Of a DNA stretch of 64,000 nucleotides, positions 7,880 to 18,146 are shown piece by piece. This DNA is from Alphaproteobacteria bacterium (GTDB lineage Bacteria; Pseudomonadota; Alphaproteobacteria; UBA828). Each line of letters opens with the position of its first letter. The stretch's first letter is position 1. The stretch lies in assembly GCA_022820945.1 (NCBI GenBank), contig JAJEEP010000165.1, positions 12,442-76,441 on the forward strand, written 5' to 3'. Both the position numbers and the translations under genes were made by a program. Under the pieces are notes generated by a model. The model saw nothing but the letters and a program-made list of their open reading frames with translations, did not search any database and had not been told where the DNA came from.

Positions 7880-8938
7880 CTACAGGTGCTTCGCGAAATC
7901 CTTGTATGCAGACGGAACCTTGTCCGAGGTGCCGTAGAAGGCATGCGTGGACATGTCGGGCGAGTACTTGCTCCCCGGCGGGCGGCGGCCGAGCGCCTCG
8001 GCCATGCTGCGGATGTGATGGGGGGACGCGCCGCAGCAGACGCCGAGGTAGTTGACGCCAAGCGCCTGCGCCGCCTTGGTGAATTCCTCGATCTCGTAGC
8101 GGTTGACGGTGAAGGGATCGAGCGCGGTGGGGAAGGGCCGCTCCCGCGGCAGGCAGGCGCAGTCGGGGTCCTCCAGAGACTGGAAGGAGGGTTGGTCGGC
8201 GGTGGTGCGGTAGGCCACCGGCAACGCGGACACGTGGCAGCTCACCGCCTCGCGGATGGGGCCGAGCAGCGGCAGCATGGAGGCCGGGCCGCGCGTGCAA
8301 TTGAGGCCGACCACGTCGGCGCCGGCGTCTTCCAGGCGCTTGGCCGCCTCGGCAGGTGTCAAACCATCGCGCGTCAGCGGGTCGCGGTGGATGGCGAGGT
8401 TGATTACCGCGCATTGGTCGGCTGCCTTGATCGCTTCGAGCGCGAGCAGAGCCTCACCGACGAAGGAGATGGTCTCGGCGACGATGTAGTCGACGCCTTC
8501 GTCGACGGCCCAGTCCACCTGCTCATCGAACATGGCGCGTACCTCGCGGGCCGAGTCAGGATCGCCGTCGACGTAGATGTTGGAGTTGCTCACATTGCCG
8601 GCGACCAGCGCGTCGCTCCCGGCCGCGGCCTCCCGCGCCAAGCGTAGCGCGGTGCGGTTCATCTCCTCCAGCGCACCCTCCTTGCCGATGACGCGGAGCT
8701 TCTCGCGGTGAGCGTAGTAGGTGAAGGCCAGCATGACGTCGGAGCCCGCGTGGAGGAAGTCGCGGTGCAACTGGGCAACGACCTCCGGATGGTCCAGGAC
8801 CGCCTCCGGCACATAGGCGCCGGCTGAGAGATAGCCGCGGCGCTCGATCTCGAACAGATAGCCCTCGGCGCAGATGACGGGCCCTGCCGCCAGCCGCTCG
8901 AGAAGACCCGCTCCGCTGGACAGTGCGGCGTCAGTCAT
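7880..8938 (-). CDS. Homocysteine S-methyltransferase family protein (betaine-homocysteine methyltransferase-like), paralogue 2
   Basis: 352 aa, collinear with paralogue 1 with no indels and about 70-75 percent identical by eye. It carries the same GLNC and GVCCG Zn motifs. GGGAG Shine-Dalgarno upstream. Confidence 0.85.
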   Translation of the reverse strand: MTDAALSSGAGLLERLAAGPVICAEGYLFEIERRGYLSAGAYVPEAVLDHPEVVAQLHRDFLHAGSDVMLAFTYYAHREKLRVIGKEGALEEMNRTALRLAREAAAGSDALVAGNVSNSNIYVDGDPDSAREVRAMFDEQVDWAVDEGVDYIVAETISFVGEALLALEAIKAADQCAVINLAIHRDPLTRDGLTPAEAAKRLEDAGADVVGLNCTRGPASMLPLLGPIREAVSCHVSALPVAYRTTADQPSFQSLEDPDCACLPRERPFPTALDPFTVNRYEIEEFTKAAQALGVNYLGVCCGASPHHIRSMAEALGRRPPGSKYSPDMSTHAFYGTSDKVPSAYKDFAKHL

Positions 8939-8950
8939 GTGTATCGCTCC

Positions 8951-9958
8951 CTATTGGCACTGGCCGGCCGGGCTGGGGTGCAGCGGTGAATCCTTCACCC
9001 GCCAGAGAAAGCGCCGCACGATATCGCCGTAGCCGGAGAACAGGAAGCCGCCGTTCTCAGCGAGCACCCGCTGCCGTTCCGCACGGTAGACATGGGGCAG
9101 GTCGTACCAGGCGATACCGGGCCGCTCGTGGTGGAGCGCATGGAAGTTGTTGCCGAGGAAGAGCAGTCTCATCACCGGTCCGGCCTCCACGATAGCCGTG
9201 CGCTGCGCCTGCTCCTCCGCAGGCCGATGCTCGTAATACGAGCGCAGCAGGATCAGCGCGGTGCCAGGATAGACGTAGAGCATCACGTAGGCCCAGAGCG
9301 GGATGCCGCAGACGACCAGCACCCAGACCAGCACCAGCGCCGTCAGCACCCCGTGCGTGGTCCAGATTTGGACGCATCCCGTCTCGCCTCGGACGAGCCG
9401 CGCGCCTTCCTCCCGCCAGAAGGCGAGATATGTAAGCGCCGGGCCGAGCAGCAGCCGGCCGACCAAGGTGTTGTGGACCCGGAGAAGGAACCGCCCGCCC
9501 GCCCCGAGCCGGCGCCAGTGTGCTGGCTCCACGTAGAAGCTCTCGGTATCGGCCCGCGGGTCCGTGAGGTGCGGCGTGGCGTGATGGCTGAGGTGGCGGC
9601 TGCGGTAGAGGGGGTAGGGCAGCCACAGCGCGACCGGCGCCATGGCGAGCGCGGTGTTGATCCCCTGCCGGCGTGTCGGATGGCCATGGATGATCTCGTG
9701 CTGCAGGCTGCCGTGCCAGCCGACCAGCCAGCCACCAAGCGGCAGGACCAGCCACCAGGGCAGCGCATGATGATACCAGGTGAGCGCCAGCCAGCCGCCA
9801 TAGACCGCCGCCGCCACGAGCCAGGTCGGCCCCTCGATCCGGCGCCAGAGGGCAGGGAGATCCGACCTTCCGAGGGAACTGTCGAGGTCTTGGTCCACGG
9901 TGACCCGGCTGCGGCGGCGACGACGATTCAATCTGCTGCCCGCCCGGCGGTGAAACAA
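8951..9958 (-). CDS. Fatty acid desaturase family protein (membrane di-iron His-box enzyme)
   Basis: Three His boxes (HEIIHGH, HLSHHAT, HALHHERP) and several TM helices. The start is uncertain: the track uses TTG at 9958, and a GTG at 9898 is an alternative. It ends 12 nt upstream of the BHMT paralogue 2 start. Confidence 0.8.
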   Translation of the reverse strand: MFHRRAGSRLNRRRRRSRVTVDQDLDSSLGRSDLPALWRRIEGPTWLVAAAVYGGWLALTWYHHALPWWLVLPLGGWLVGWHGSLQHEIIHGHPTRRQGINTALAMAPVALWLPYPLYRSRHLSHHATPHLTDPRADTESFYVEPAHWRRLGAGGRFLLRVHNTLVGRLLLGPALTYLAFWREEGARLVRGETGCVQIWTTHGVLTALVLVWVLVVCGIPLWAYVMLYVYPGTALILLRSYYEHRPAEEQAQRTAIVEAGPVMRLLFLGNNFHALHHERPGIAWYDLPHVYRAERQRVLAENGGFLFSGYGDIVRRFLWRVKDSPLHPSPAGQCQ

Positions 9959-9979
9959 CGAGGGAATTCGCTTGTTTCA
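9951..9979. promoter_or_regulatory. Inverted repeat in the desaturase / XRE-regulator divergent region (candidate operator)
   Basis: TGAAACAA-N13-TTGTTTCA. The left arm overlaps the annotated TTG start of the desaturase ORF. Confidence 0.25.
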
Positions 9980-10060
9980 TCACGCTACGCGTCAACATTG
10001 CGATGTTCGTGATATAAATCCACAGTTGCTGATTTAACGCACTATGTTGAGAGAGGGCGC

Positions 10061-10924
10061 ATGGACCGGCGTGACACAGCGCAACGCTTCCGCGAGCGGC
10101 TGCAGGAGGCCATGGAGCGGGCGCAGGTCAACCGCTCGACCCTCGCCGTGCGCATCGGCATCGACCGCTCCACGCTGTCGCAGCTTCTGTCGGCCGAGAC
10201 AGACCGTCTGCCGCGTGCGGACACTGCTGCGGCAATCGCGCAGGCCCTCCATGTCAGCCTCGATTGGCTGCTCGGCCTCAGTCAGCAGCCGAAGCTCGGC
10301 GCCGATATCCTGGAAGAATCGGTTGAGGTAAAGGCGAGTGCGGACGAGCCGGCGGATGAAAGCCTCGCCGCCTGGTATGCCGAAGCGGCCGGCTACAAGA
10401 TCCGCCACGTGCCGACCACACTCCCGGACCTGCTCAAGACCGAGGCGGTGCTGGATTACGAGTATCGCGACTTCACCGCCAGGTCGCCCGACCGGGCGAT
10501 CGCGATTTCCCACGGCCGCCTCGCCTATGTGCGGCTGCCGGAGACGGACATCGAGATCTGCGTGTCGCGTCAGTCCATGGAGTCCTTTACCCGTGCCGAG
10601 GGTATCTGGCGCGACCTTTCGTTATCGGCCAGGCGCGAGCAGCTCGATCACATGATCGCGTTGATCGACGAGCTCTACCCCACGCTCCGCGTGTTCTTCT
10701 TCGACGGCCTTACCCATTTCTCCGTGCCTTACACCGTGTTCGGGCCGCAGCGGGCGGTGGTTTATGTCGGCCAGATGTTTTTCGCCTTCAACACAATTGC
10801 GCATATACGCGTGCTCACGCGTCACTTCGACGCCCTGGTGCGAGCTTCGACCGTGCCGGCCCATGTGGCCGGCGATTCCCTGCGTGAATTGCGAGACGAG
10901 CTCCCGCAGTGTCCCGTTTCCTAA
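10061..10924 (+). CDS. XRE-family helix-turn-helix transcriptional regulator with an uncharacterised C-terminal domain
   Basis: N-terminal HTH (VNRSTLAVRIGIDRSTLSQLLSAE...AIAQALHVSLDWLLG). It is divergent from the desaturase gene across an AT-richer spacer. Confidence 0.75.
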   Translation: MDRRDTAQRFRERLQEAMERAQVNRSTLAVRIGIDRSTLSQLLSAETDRLPRADTAAAIAQALHVSLDWLLGLSQQPKLGADILEESVEVKASADEPADESLAAWYAEAAGYKIRHVPTTLPDLLKTEAVLDYEYRDFTARSPDRAIAISHGRLAYVRLPETDIEICVSRQSMESFTRAEGIWRDLSLSARREQLDHMIALIDELYPTLRVFFFDGLTHFSVPYTVFGPQRAVVYVGQMFFAFNTIAHIRVLTRHFDALVRASTVPAHVAGDSLRELRDELPQCPVS

Positions 10925-11053
10925 ATTTTCGAATTGGCGATCATTTGTTCGCGCTCTCAAACAAACGCTTGAAGACTCTTGAAGTTAATTGTTTGCCCTT
11001 CGCATCGGGAGGCGCCATGCCGCGTGGCACACGACCCCGGCGAGAAGTACAGA

Positions 11054-12604
11054 TTAACCGATTGTTTCGAAAGAGAGCTTGCTGCCGAGCGCGCGTGCGA
11101 GCGCCTCTGCGGCCGTGCGCGCCTTGCCCGACGCAAGCGGCCGGTGCTCGGGCGCGAGCCTCAGCACCAGATGGCCCTCCTCGGCTACGATCTGAGAGCC
11201 GTCGAGCACCGCCGGCTCCCCGATGGAGAGCCGCTCCGCCAACCTGAGCGCGAGTCCGAGCGCTCTGGCCTCGGCGCGCACCGCTTGCGGCAGCACCCGG
11301 TTCACCGTCCGGCTGGCTGTGACCGGAAGGCGCGACTTGTAGCGGGTGGCCACCGCGAGCGCCAGAAACACGCGGCCCGCATGATCGATGCCGACGAAGG
11401 GGGCGCGCGAAATCCGCGCGAACGCATCGGCCGCGCGCAGATCGGGATGCTGGCGCCAGGCGATTTCGGAGAGAAACGCCGCCGCAGGCAGCATCTCCCG
11501 ATGCCCGGCAAGCGCCGGGAGCGTCGAGCGCCCCAGCCAGGAGGCGAGGGCCTCGGCATAGACCAGCGAGCGGCCGTCCCGCCGGGCGATCGAACGGCAG
11601 GCGTCGTGCAGCGGATCGTGCGCCCGCACCGCTGCGGGCAGACTGTCGAAGAGCAGGCCCTCGCGCAGGCCGAAGGCGGAGAACAGGACCTCGCCCGGCG
11701 CAGCGACCTTGAGCAATGCCTTGAGCGCGGACGCGCCGCTCGGCACGGTTGCGAGCCGCCTGGGCAACATCCCCTCCGGCCCCGGACGCAGCGTCGCGGG
11801 ATCGGCGGCTGCGAGCTCCTTGGTAGCCTCGCGCGCCTCGGCCGGCGTCATGCGATAGTGATGGACCACCGGGATGGGGTGCCGCTCGGCCGCCATGTGG
11901 AGCCGGGCCAGCGCCCGCCACGCTCCGCCCACGAGATAGACCGGCTCGCCACGCATCCGATCGAGCCAGGGCAACGCCTTGAGCCGTTCGGCCGCGAGCG
12001 CTACGCGGCGGCTTGGCGGCAGGCTGCCGAGGCGGAGCACACCCAGAGGCAGCGTCGCGTGCTCGGCGAGCCGGCCATTCTCCAGGCGGACCAATTCCAG
12101 ACTGCCGCCGCCCAGGTCCGCCATCAGCCCGCTCGCGCCGGGGAAGGCCGAGACCACGCCGAGCGCCGCGTAGCGGGCCTCCTCCTCGCCCGAGAGGACG
12201 CGGAGCGAGAAGCCGGTCTCGCGGGCGACCGCCTTGCGGAACCGTTCGCCGTCGCTGGCGTCGCGAACCGCTGCGGTGGTCACGGCGTCAAGCGGGCCGA
12301 CTCCGAGCGCGTCCGCTGCGGCCGCGAAGCGGCGCAACGCATCGAGGGCAGGCTCCACCGCGTCCGGCGCGAGCGTCCCGGTCTCGGCGAGCGTCGCTCC
12401 GAGGCCGCACAGCTCGCGTTCGTTGAAGACCGGCGCCGGCGCCCGCGTCAGCCCTTCGAACACCACGAGTCGGATCGAGTTGGAGCCGACGTCGAGCACG
12501 CCGTAGGGCGCATCCGCTACAGCCGCGGCGGGGAAACGCTCGGCCTCGACCGCGAGCGGCGCCGCGTCGGCCACGTGGCGGGTCTCCGCCAGTTGCTCCG
12601 TCAC
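11054..12604 (-). CDS. ppx: Exopolyphosphatase (Ppx/GppA family)
   Basis: Ppx/GppA N-terminus ([18 protein letters not shown]...ELCGLG...) and ADLGGGS. I chose the GTG at 12604, which overlaps the ppk stop (GTGA). The track ORF's longer N-terminus overlaps ppk out of frame. Confidence 0.85.
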   Translation of the reverse strand: MTEQLAETRHVADAAPLAVEAERFPAAAVADAPYGVLDVGSNSIRLVVFEGLTRAPAPVFNERELCGLGATLAETGTLAPDAVEPALDALRRFAAAADALGVGPLDAVTTAAVRDASDGERFRKAVARETGFSLRVLSGEEEARYAALGVVSAFPGASGLMADLGGGSLELVRLENGRLAEHATLPLGVLRLGSLPPSRRVALAAERLKALPWLDRMRGEPVYLVGGAWRALARLHMAAERHPIPVVHHYRMTPAEAREATKELAAADPATLRPGPEGMLPRRLATVPSGASALKALLKVAAPGEVLFSAFGLREGLLFDSLPAAVRAHDPLHDACRSIARRDGRSLVYAEALASWLGRSTLPALAGHREMLPAAAFLSEIAWRQHPDLRAADAFARISRAPFVGIDHAGRVFLALAVATRYKSRLPVTASRTVNRVLPQAVRAEARALGLALRLAERLSIGEPAVLDGSQIVAEEGHLVLRLAPEHRPLASGKARTAAEALARALGSKLSFETIG

Positions 12605-14763
12605 CCGTCGCCCGGCTCGTCGCCGCCCGTGTTCGCCACGGCGAGCAGCGGCTCGCGTCGTGCCGTGCCGCGGCCCGAGAGCGACGGGTTGGTCATGAAG
12701 AAGCGGTGGGCGTTGAAGGGATCGCCGTCGGGACTCAGGCGGGAGAACGAGCCGTCGGTATCGAGCGTCCAGCTTTGCTCGTTGTCCCTGTAGTTGGCGG
12801 TCATGATCTGGTCGAGGATCTGCTCGTGTACCGTCGGGTTCTCGATCGGCACCATGAGCTCGACCCGCCGGTCGAGGTTGCGGCCCATCCAGTCGGCGGA
12901 CGAGATGTACACCTTGGCCTGGGGCGAGGGCAGGCCGTGACCGGCGCCGAAGCACATGATGCGCGAATGCTCGAGGAAGCGCCCGACGATGCTCTTCACC
13001 CGGATGTTCTCGGAGAGGCCGGGCACGCCCGGGCGCAAGCAGCAGATGCCGCGCACCACCAGGTCGACGGAGACCCCGGCGGCGGAGGCGGCATAGAGCG
13101 CCTCGATCACGTCGGGATCGACCAGGGAGTTGAGCTTCACCCAGATTGCCGCCGGCCGGCCGGCGAGCGCGTGGGCGATCTCTTCTTCGATCAGCTCATC
13201 GATGGCGGCACGCAGGCCGAGCGGCGCCACCGCGATCTTCTCGTAGCGTTCGGGCGACGCGCCGCCGGTCAGGTAGTTGAAGAGCAGCGCCGCATCGCGG
13301 CAGAGCGCCGGATCGCAGGTGAAGAACGAGAGGTCCGTGTAAATCGCGGCGGTGATCGGGTGATAGTTGCCGGTGCCGTAGTGGACGTAGCTGCGCAGTC
13401 CGTCGGCCTCGCGGCGGGCCACCAGCGACGCCTTGGCGTGGGTCTTCAGGTCCATGAAGCCATAGACCACCTGGGCGCCGGCGCGCTCCAGGTCCCGCGC
13501 CCAGCGGATGTTCGCGGCCTCGTCGAACCTAGCCTTGAGCTCGACCAGCGCGGTGACCGATTTGCCTGCCTCCGCGGCTTCGATTAGCGCGTTGACGATG
13601 GGCGAATCGTTGCTGGTGCGATAGAGCGTCTGCTTGATCGCGATCACGTCCGGGTCGCGCGCCGCTTGGCGCAGGAACTGCACGACCACGTCGAAGCTCT
13701 CGTAGGGATGGTGGACGACGATGTCCTTGGCCTTGATCGCGGCGAAGCAATCGCCGCCAAAGTCCCGGATGCGCTCGGGGAAGCGTGCGCGGTAGGGCGT
13801 GAACTCGAGATCGGCCCGGCCGCACTTGATGAGCATGGCCGTGTCCGCAAGCCCCAGAATCCCTTCGACCTTGACGACGTCGCGCCGGTCGACATGAAGC
13901 TGGTCGGCGAGGAAGTCCAGCATGCTCAAGGGCATTGTGGAGTCCACCTCGAGCCGGATGACGCTGCCGCGCCGGCGCCGCTTGAGCGCGCTCTCGAACG
14001 AGCGCACCAGGTCCTCGGCCTCTTCTTCCAGCTCGATGTCGCTGTCGCGGACCACCCGGAAGCGCCCCACCGCGTTCGGTGCGAAGCCGGGGAACAGCCG
14101 GTCGAGGTAAAGCTCCACCACGTCCTCCAGCGCGATGAAGCGGACCTCGCCCCGCTCGCCTTCGGGCAGGCGGATGAAGCGCTCCACCTGGCTCGGGACC
14201 CGCACGAGGGAGGGCACCAGACGCCGGGTGCCCTTCTCGACCAACTCCAGCGCCAGGCTGAAGCCCAAATTCGGAATGAACGGAAACGGGTGGGCCGGGT
14301 CGATCGCGAGCGGCGTCAGCACCGGGAAGAGCCGGTCGATGAAGTAGCTGTCAAGCCAGCGCCGTTCGTCGTCCCTGAGTCGATCGGCCGAGAGGATTGC
14401 GATGCCCGCATCGGCCAGCTCCGCGCGGAGTTCGAGCCAGCGCTCCTGCTGTTGGGCCATCAGCGCATTGGCACGCTCGTTGACGGCGCGGATTTGCGCA
14501 ATGGGGCTCAAGCCGTCCTGGGACGATTCGAGGATGCCCGCCTCGACCTGGCCGTGCAGGCCGGCCACGCGGACCATGTAGAACTCATCGAGGTTCGATC
14601 CCGAGATCGACAGGAAGCGCAAGCGCTCGAGCACGGGGTGGTCGAGGTTCTCAGCCTCTTCCATCACCCGCTCGTTGAAGGCGAGCCAGCTCAGCTCTCG
14701 GTTGACGAACTTGTCGGACGGCGCGAAGCTCTTCGCCTCGGCGGCCTGCTCGACCCTAGCCAT
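12601..14763 (-). CDS. ppk: Polyphosphate kinase 1
   Basis: 720 aa, full-length PPK1 pattern ([19 protein letters not shown]..., [19 protein letters not shown], two PLD-like C-terminal domains). Confidence 0.95.
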   Translation of the reverse strand: MARVEQAAEAKSFAPSDKFVNRELSWLAFNERVMEEAENLDHPVLERLRFLSISGSNLDEFYMVRVAGLHGQVEAGILESSQDGLSPIAQIRAVNERANALMAQQQERWLELRAELADAGIAILSADRLRDDERRWLDSYFIDRLFPVLTPLAIDPAHPFPFIPNLGFSLALELVEKGTRRLVPSLVRVPSQVERFIRLPEGERGEVRFIALEDVVELYLDRLFPGFAPNAVGRFRVVRDSDIELEEEAEDLVRSFESALKRRRRGSVIRLEVDSTMPLSMLDFLADQLHVDRRDVVKVEGILGLADTAMLIKCGRADLEFTPYRARFPERIRDFGGDCFAAIKAKDIVVHHPYESFDVVVQFLRQAARDPDVIAIKQTLYRTSNDSPIVNALIEAAEAGKSVTALVELKARFDEAANIRWARDLERAGAQVVYGFMDLKTHAKASLVARREADGLRSYVHYGTGNYHPITAAIYTDLSFFTCDPALCRDAALLFNYLTGGASPERYEKIAVAPLGLRAAIDELIEEEIAHALAGRPAAIWVKLNSLVDPDVIEALYAASAAGVSVDLVVRGICCLRPGVPGLSENIRVKSIVGRFLEHSRIMCFGAGHGLPSPQAKVYISSADWMGRNLDRRVELMVPIENPTVHEQILDQIMTANYRDNEQSWTLDTDGSFSRLSPDGDPFNAHRFFMTNPSLSGRGTARREPLLAVANTGGDEPGDG

Positions 14764-14865
14764 CTGGCTGCTCCCGCGTCCCCTCTCTGTCCTGATTCGC
14801 GGCCTTCTACCATATGGCGATTGCGGCGATGTGACAAAAGAGGGCTGGGCGAGCGACGCTGCGAA

Positions 14866-15570
14866 TTAGGCGCCGGGAGGTGCCTCGGCCTCGTCCTTTT
14901 CAGCGCCCAGCACCGCGCGCACGAGAGGCACGGTGACCGCCCTGCCTTCGGCGAGCGCTGCGCGATCCAGGCGCTCGACCAAGCGGACCACCGCCTCGAA
15001 GGTCCGCTCGATGCGTGGCACGACATAGGCCGGCACCTCCGGCGCCACCGCGATCTGCCGGTCGGCGAAGAGCTTGAGCACGAGGGCGCCGAGCAGGGCA
15101 TCGTCCGGCAGGCCGAGCGCGGCGGCCGGTCCGAGCCTGAGCCTGGAGGCGAGATCGGGGAGCGTGAGCGGCCAGCGCGCCGGCGGGGCCTGGGCGGTGA
15201 GCAGCAGATGGCCGTCCCGCTCGGCGATAGCGTTGTAGGTGTGCAGGAGGGCGCGCTCGTCGACCGGCCCGCCGAGGCCGTCGATGACCAGCGCCGGCGC
15301 ATGAGCGGCGTCGGACACAACGTCGGCAAGGCGTGCCGCCGGGACGATGTCGGCACCGCTCCGCCTGCGCCACACCTCGGCGAGATGGCTCTTCCCCGAG
15401 CCGGGAGGACCGTGGATCACGAGCGCGGGGCCCGGCCAGTCCGGCCAGCGGTCGAGCCAGGCGACTGCCGCCTCGTTACAGGGTGCGACCAGAAAATCCT
15501 CCCGCCCGAGCGCGGGGCGGATGCCCCAGTCGAAGGTGCGCTGCCGTCCGAGGTCCGCCTTGGCCACCAT
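14866..15570 (-). CDS. hdaA: DnaA regulatory inactivator HdaA (DnaA-family AAA+ protein)
   Basis: Internal ATG at 15570 (MVAKADLGRQRTFDW...). Walker A motif HGPPGSGKSHLAEVW. About 234 aa, typical for alphaproteobacterial HdaA. Confidence 0.8.
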   Translation of the reverse strand: MVAKADLGRQRTFDWGIRPALGREDFLVAPCNEAAVAWLDRWPDWPGPALVIHGPPGSGKSHLAEVWRRRSGADIVPAARLADVVSDAAHAPALVIDGLGGPVDERALLHTYNAIAERDGHLLLTAQAPPARWPLTLPDLASRLRLGPAAALGLPDDALLGALVLKLFADRQIAVAPEVPAYVVPRIERTFEAVVRLVERLDRAALAEGRAVTVPLVRAVLGAEKDEAEAPPGA

Positions 15571-15577
15571 CGGTGCC

Positions 15578-16813
15578 TTACTCACTTTCAGCCGGGGCGG
15601 GCGAGTCGGGTGCCCCCGGCTCCGGGGACGTGGCGCGACGACGCAGCCACCAGCCATCTTCCTCGGGCGCGAGATCGAGGTCGTCCTGACCCAGGGCGAG
15701 GCGGAGCTGGTCCTCCGTGCCGTGATAGCGGACGGTGAGCCTGCCTTCGCGCAGCGAGAGGGAGTCGATCTCGACCGATGCAACCACTCCGAGTGCCGCG
15801 AGGCGCCGCTGGATCGACACCCATTCGCCGAGGCTCGCGATCGGCACCCTCGCCCGGAGCACCCGCTGATCGTCGTAGCGAATCAGGTTGGCGGCTTTCC
15901 AGTCATCCTCCAGCAGGGTGACGACCCTGTCGGTGCCGCGGTTGAGCAGCGCCCGTTCGCTCTCCCCCTCGCGGCCGATCAGCGTCGTTTGTACGGCCCG
16001 GCTCCCGTCGGCGGCAATCCGGCGCACGGAGAGCGTGAGCGAGCGGCCCGCGGCCGGAGCGTCGCCGTCGTCGTTCTCCGTGTCCGGGGCGGCAGGCGCG
16101 GTGGGCTTGTCGACGGCAGCTGAACTGGAAAGGCCGGCGACGGCGACCGCGACCTCGCTCGTGCCGTAGAGCGCAGCGAGCGCAGTGAGCGCATCCGCAT
16201 CCGATGCCAACGCCCGCGCGGCATCCACCGTGCCGAGATCGATGATGTCGCCGAGCGGCAGCAGGATCGGCACCAGGCCGCCGTGCGGCGGGCGCTCCTC
16301 CCATATCCGCCGCCAGCGATTGCCGTCCTCCCACAAGAGGATGCCGTCGGGATCACGCTGTATTGCCACCACCAGCACCGGCTTGCTCACGGTCTCGGCA
16401 TAGGCGACGCCGTTCTCGCGCAGCAGGCGGCGCACCTCGGCCGGGTCGAAATCCACGGTCAAGGACGCGCGGTAGCGGGTGGTCGAGACCAGCTCGCGGT
16501 CGATGGCGAAGCCCGCCACCATCGTCGCAATCTTGTCGTCGGGCGGTGCGGGCAGGGCCGTTCCCGCGACGGTGAGCCGGCGCAAGAGGGTCTCCAGCGC
16601 GGCGCGCTGGCCGGCGGCGATGGCGAGCTCCCGCGCCTCCGCCGCCGATGCGGACTCGGCGTCGACGGGAACGTGCGCGACGGTGAACACCGATTCGGCG
16701 CGCGCCGTGCCGCAGGCGAGGAGCAGCGTCAGCGCGCAGATTAGGACGGTGCAGCGCGCGGAGGAAGCACACGTCCACGCGTGTGCACGTGCGATGCGAA
16801 GCGAGCCACGCAT
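15578..16813 (-). CDS. Secreted DUF2066-like protein
   Basis: Internal ATG at 16813 gives a signal-peptide-like N-terminus (ARCTVLICALTLLLACGTARAES). The position next to hdaA and divergent from a pur gene is typical for this family in Alphaproteobacteria. Confidence 0.6.
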   Translation of the reverse strand: MRGSLRIARAHAWTCASSARCTVLICALTLLLACGTARAESVFTVAHVPVDAESASAAEARELAIAAGQRAALETLLRRLTVAGTALPAPPDDKIATMVAGFAIDRELVSTTRYRASLTVDFDPAEVRRLLRENGVAYAETVSKPVLVVAIQRDPDGILLWEDGNRWRRIWEERPPHGGLVPILLPLGDIIDLGTVDAARALASDADALTALAALYGTSEVAVAVAGLSSSAAVDKPTAPAAPDTENDDGDAPAAGRSLTLSVRRIAADGSRAVQTTLIGREGESERALLNRGTDRVVTLLEDDWKAANLIRYDDQRVLRARVPIASLGEWVSIQRRLAALGVVASVEIDSLSLREGRLTVRYHGTEDQLRLALGQDDLDLAPEEDGWWLRRRATSPEPGAPDSPAPAESE

Positions 16814-16926
16814 AGATCTGGCCCTATCGTGCGGTCGGGCGGGCAGCGACCGGCAGCGGCCGAAGCCCGGGCGGCAGGGTATCATGGGGTCCGAAGCGAG
16901 GCGACTGGCAGCAGTCGGGGAACGAT

Positions 16927-17580
16927 ATGGCGCGGCTCAGAGTGGGCGTCCTGATCTCGGGCAGTGGGACCAACCTTCAGGCTCTTATCGACGATTGCAC
17001 CCGCCCCGACGCCGGGAGCGAGATCGTGCTGGTTGTCTCCAACCGGGCCGACGCCTTCGGCCTCACGCGCGCCGAACGCGCGGACCTGCCCCTACGCACG
17101 ATCGACCACCGGGGGTACGACTCCCGAGAGGCGTTCGAGCAGGCGCTCACCGAGGCGCTCGAAGCGCGCGGTGCCGAGCTGGTCTGTCTCGCTGGTTTCA
17201 TGCGCGTGCTTACGGCGGATTTCGTCGAGCGGTGGCGTGACCGGCTGATCAACATCCACCCCTCGCTGCTGCCGGCGTTCAAGGGGCTCGACACCCACGC
17301 CAGGGCCATCGAAGCCGGCGTTCGTCTCGTCGGCTGCACCGTCCACTTCGTGCGGCCCGAGGTGGACAGCGGGCCGATCATCGTTCAGGCGGCGGTGCCG
17401 GTGCTCGCTGACGACACGGCGGATACCCTCGCAGCCCGCGTACTTCGCGAAGAGCATCGCTGCCTGCCGCTCGCCGTGCGCCTCATCGCCGAGGGACGCG
17501 TTTCGGTCGTAGGCGAGCGTTGCGTGGTCGATGCGGCGGCGCCTTGCGGCACCCTCATCAACCCGGCGCCGGGCCCATAA
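16927..17580 (+). CDS. purN: Phosphoribosylglycinamide formyltransferase
   Basis: N-terminus RVGVLISGSGTNLQALID, then NIHPSLLPAFKG and VHFV...VDSGPII motifs. Confidence 0.9.
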   Translation: MARLRVGVLISGSGTNLQALIDDCTRPDAGSEIVLVVSNRADAFGLTRAERADLPLRTIDHRGYDSREAFEQALTEALEARGAELVCLAGFMRVLTADFVERWRDRLINIHPSLLPAFKGLDTHARAIEAGVRLVGCTVHFVRPEVDSGPIIVQAAVPVLADDTADTLAARVLREEHRCLPLAVRLIAEGRVSVVGERCVVDAAAPCGTLINPAPGP

Positions 17581-17635
17581 GCGAAGGGCCCGAAACCGTC
17601 CGGCTCCGGGCCCTGTGATGCGGTGACAGGTGTCG

Positions 17636-18058
17636 TTAGGCGACGGGCTTGCCGTAGCGCTCGACCAGATCCTCGGCGCGTGCACGGATCGGCTCCATCG
17701 CATCGCCGGCGGTCTTGACCGACATGTCGGCAATGCGGTTGCCCGCAGCCATCGTGCGCTCGAACGAGCCCTTCGCGGCTCCGGTCTGGGCCTCGGTGAG
17801 TTCGGCCCAGCTGCGCGCGCCCATAAGCGCCTCGGCAGCATCGGCCTGGGCGGCCATCGCCTCCTTGGCAAAGTCGAACCATGCGCTGCCGATGGCACCA
17901 TAGCCCTTCGACGCGACGGTCGAGGCCTGGACGAGGCTGTCGAGGCTCGCACGGCCCTCATCAGCCATGGTGTCGAAGGAGAATGCGCCGTTCCAGGGAG
18001 TCTTGGCGTTGGCGGTGGCCTTGCTCGCGGTGTCGGTCTTGGTGGTCATCGTGTTCAC
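17636..18058 (-). CDS. Phasin family protein (PHA-granule associated)
   Basis: 140 aa, Ala-rich and helical, with a phasin-like pattern (FSFDTMADEGRASLDSLVQAS...WFDFAKEAMAAQ...). Confidence 0.8.
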   Translation of the reverse strand: MNTMTTKTDTASKATANAKTPWNGAFSFDTMADEGRASLDSLVQASTVASKGYGAIGSAWFDFAKEAMAAQADAAEALMGARSWAELTEAQTGAAKGSFERTMAAGNRIADMSVKTAGDAMEPIRARAEDLVERYGKPVA

Positions 18059-18111
18059 CCTATCGGTTCGCGGTTGTTTCCGGCGATGCGCGCGGCTCTA
18101 TGAGAACCGTC

Positions 18112-18146
18112 ATATTGCAACGCAGCATCATGTTGCAGTGCAATAT
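18112..18146. promoter_or_regulatory. TGC/GCA-rich palindromic element upstream of the phasin gene (candidate PhaR-type operator)
   Basis: In ATATTGCAACGCAGCATCATGTTGCAGTGCAATAT the outer 8 bp (ATATTGCA/TGCAATAT) form a perfect inverted repeat, and TTGCA(A/G) repeats occur inside. It lies 54-88 nt upstream of the phasin start codon. Confidence 0.3.

Noticed and set aside
16814-16926. Absence of purM upstream of purN as evidence of a deletion or rearrangement.
   Set aside because: purM-purN linkage is common but not universal. The 113-bp divergent spacer shows no remnant of purM, and nothing else at this locus suggests a rearrangement. It is not informative without the whole genome.
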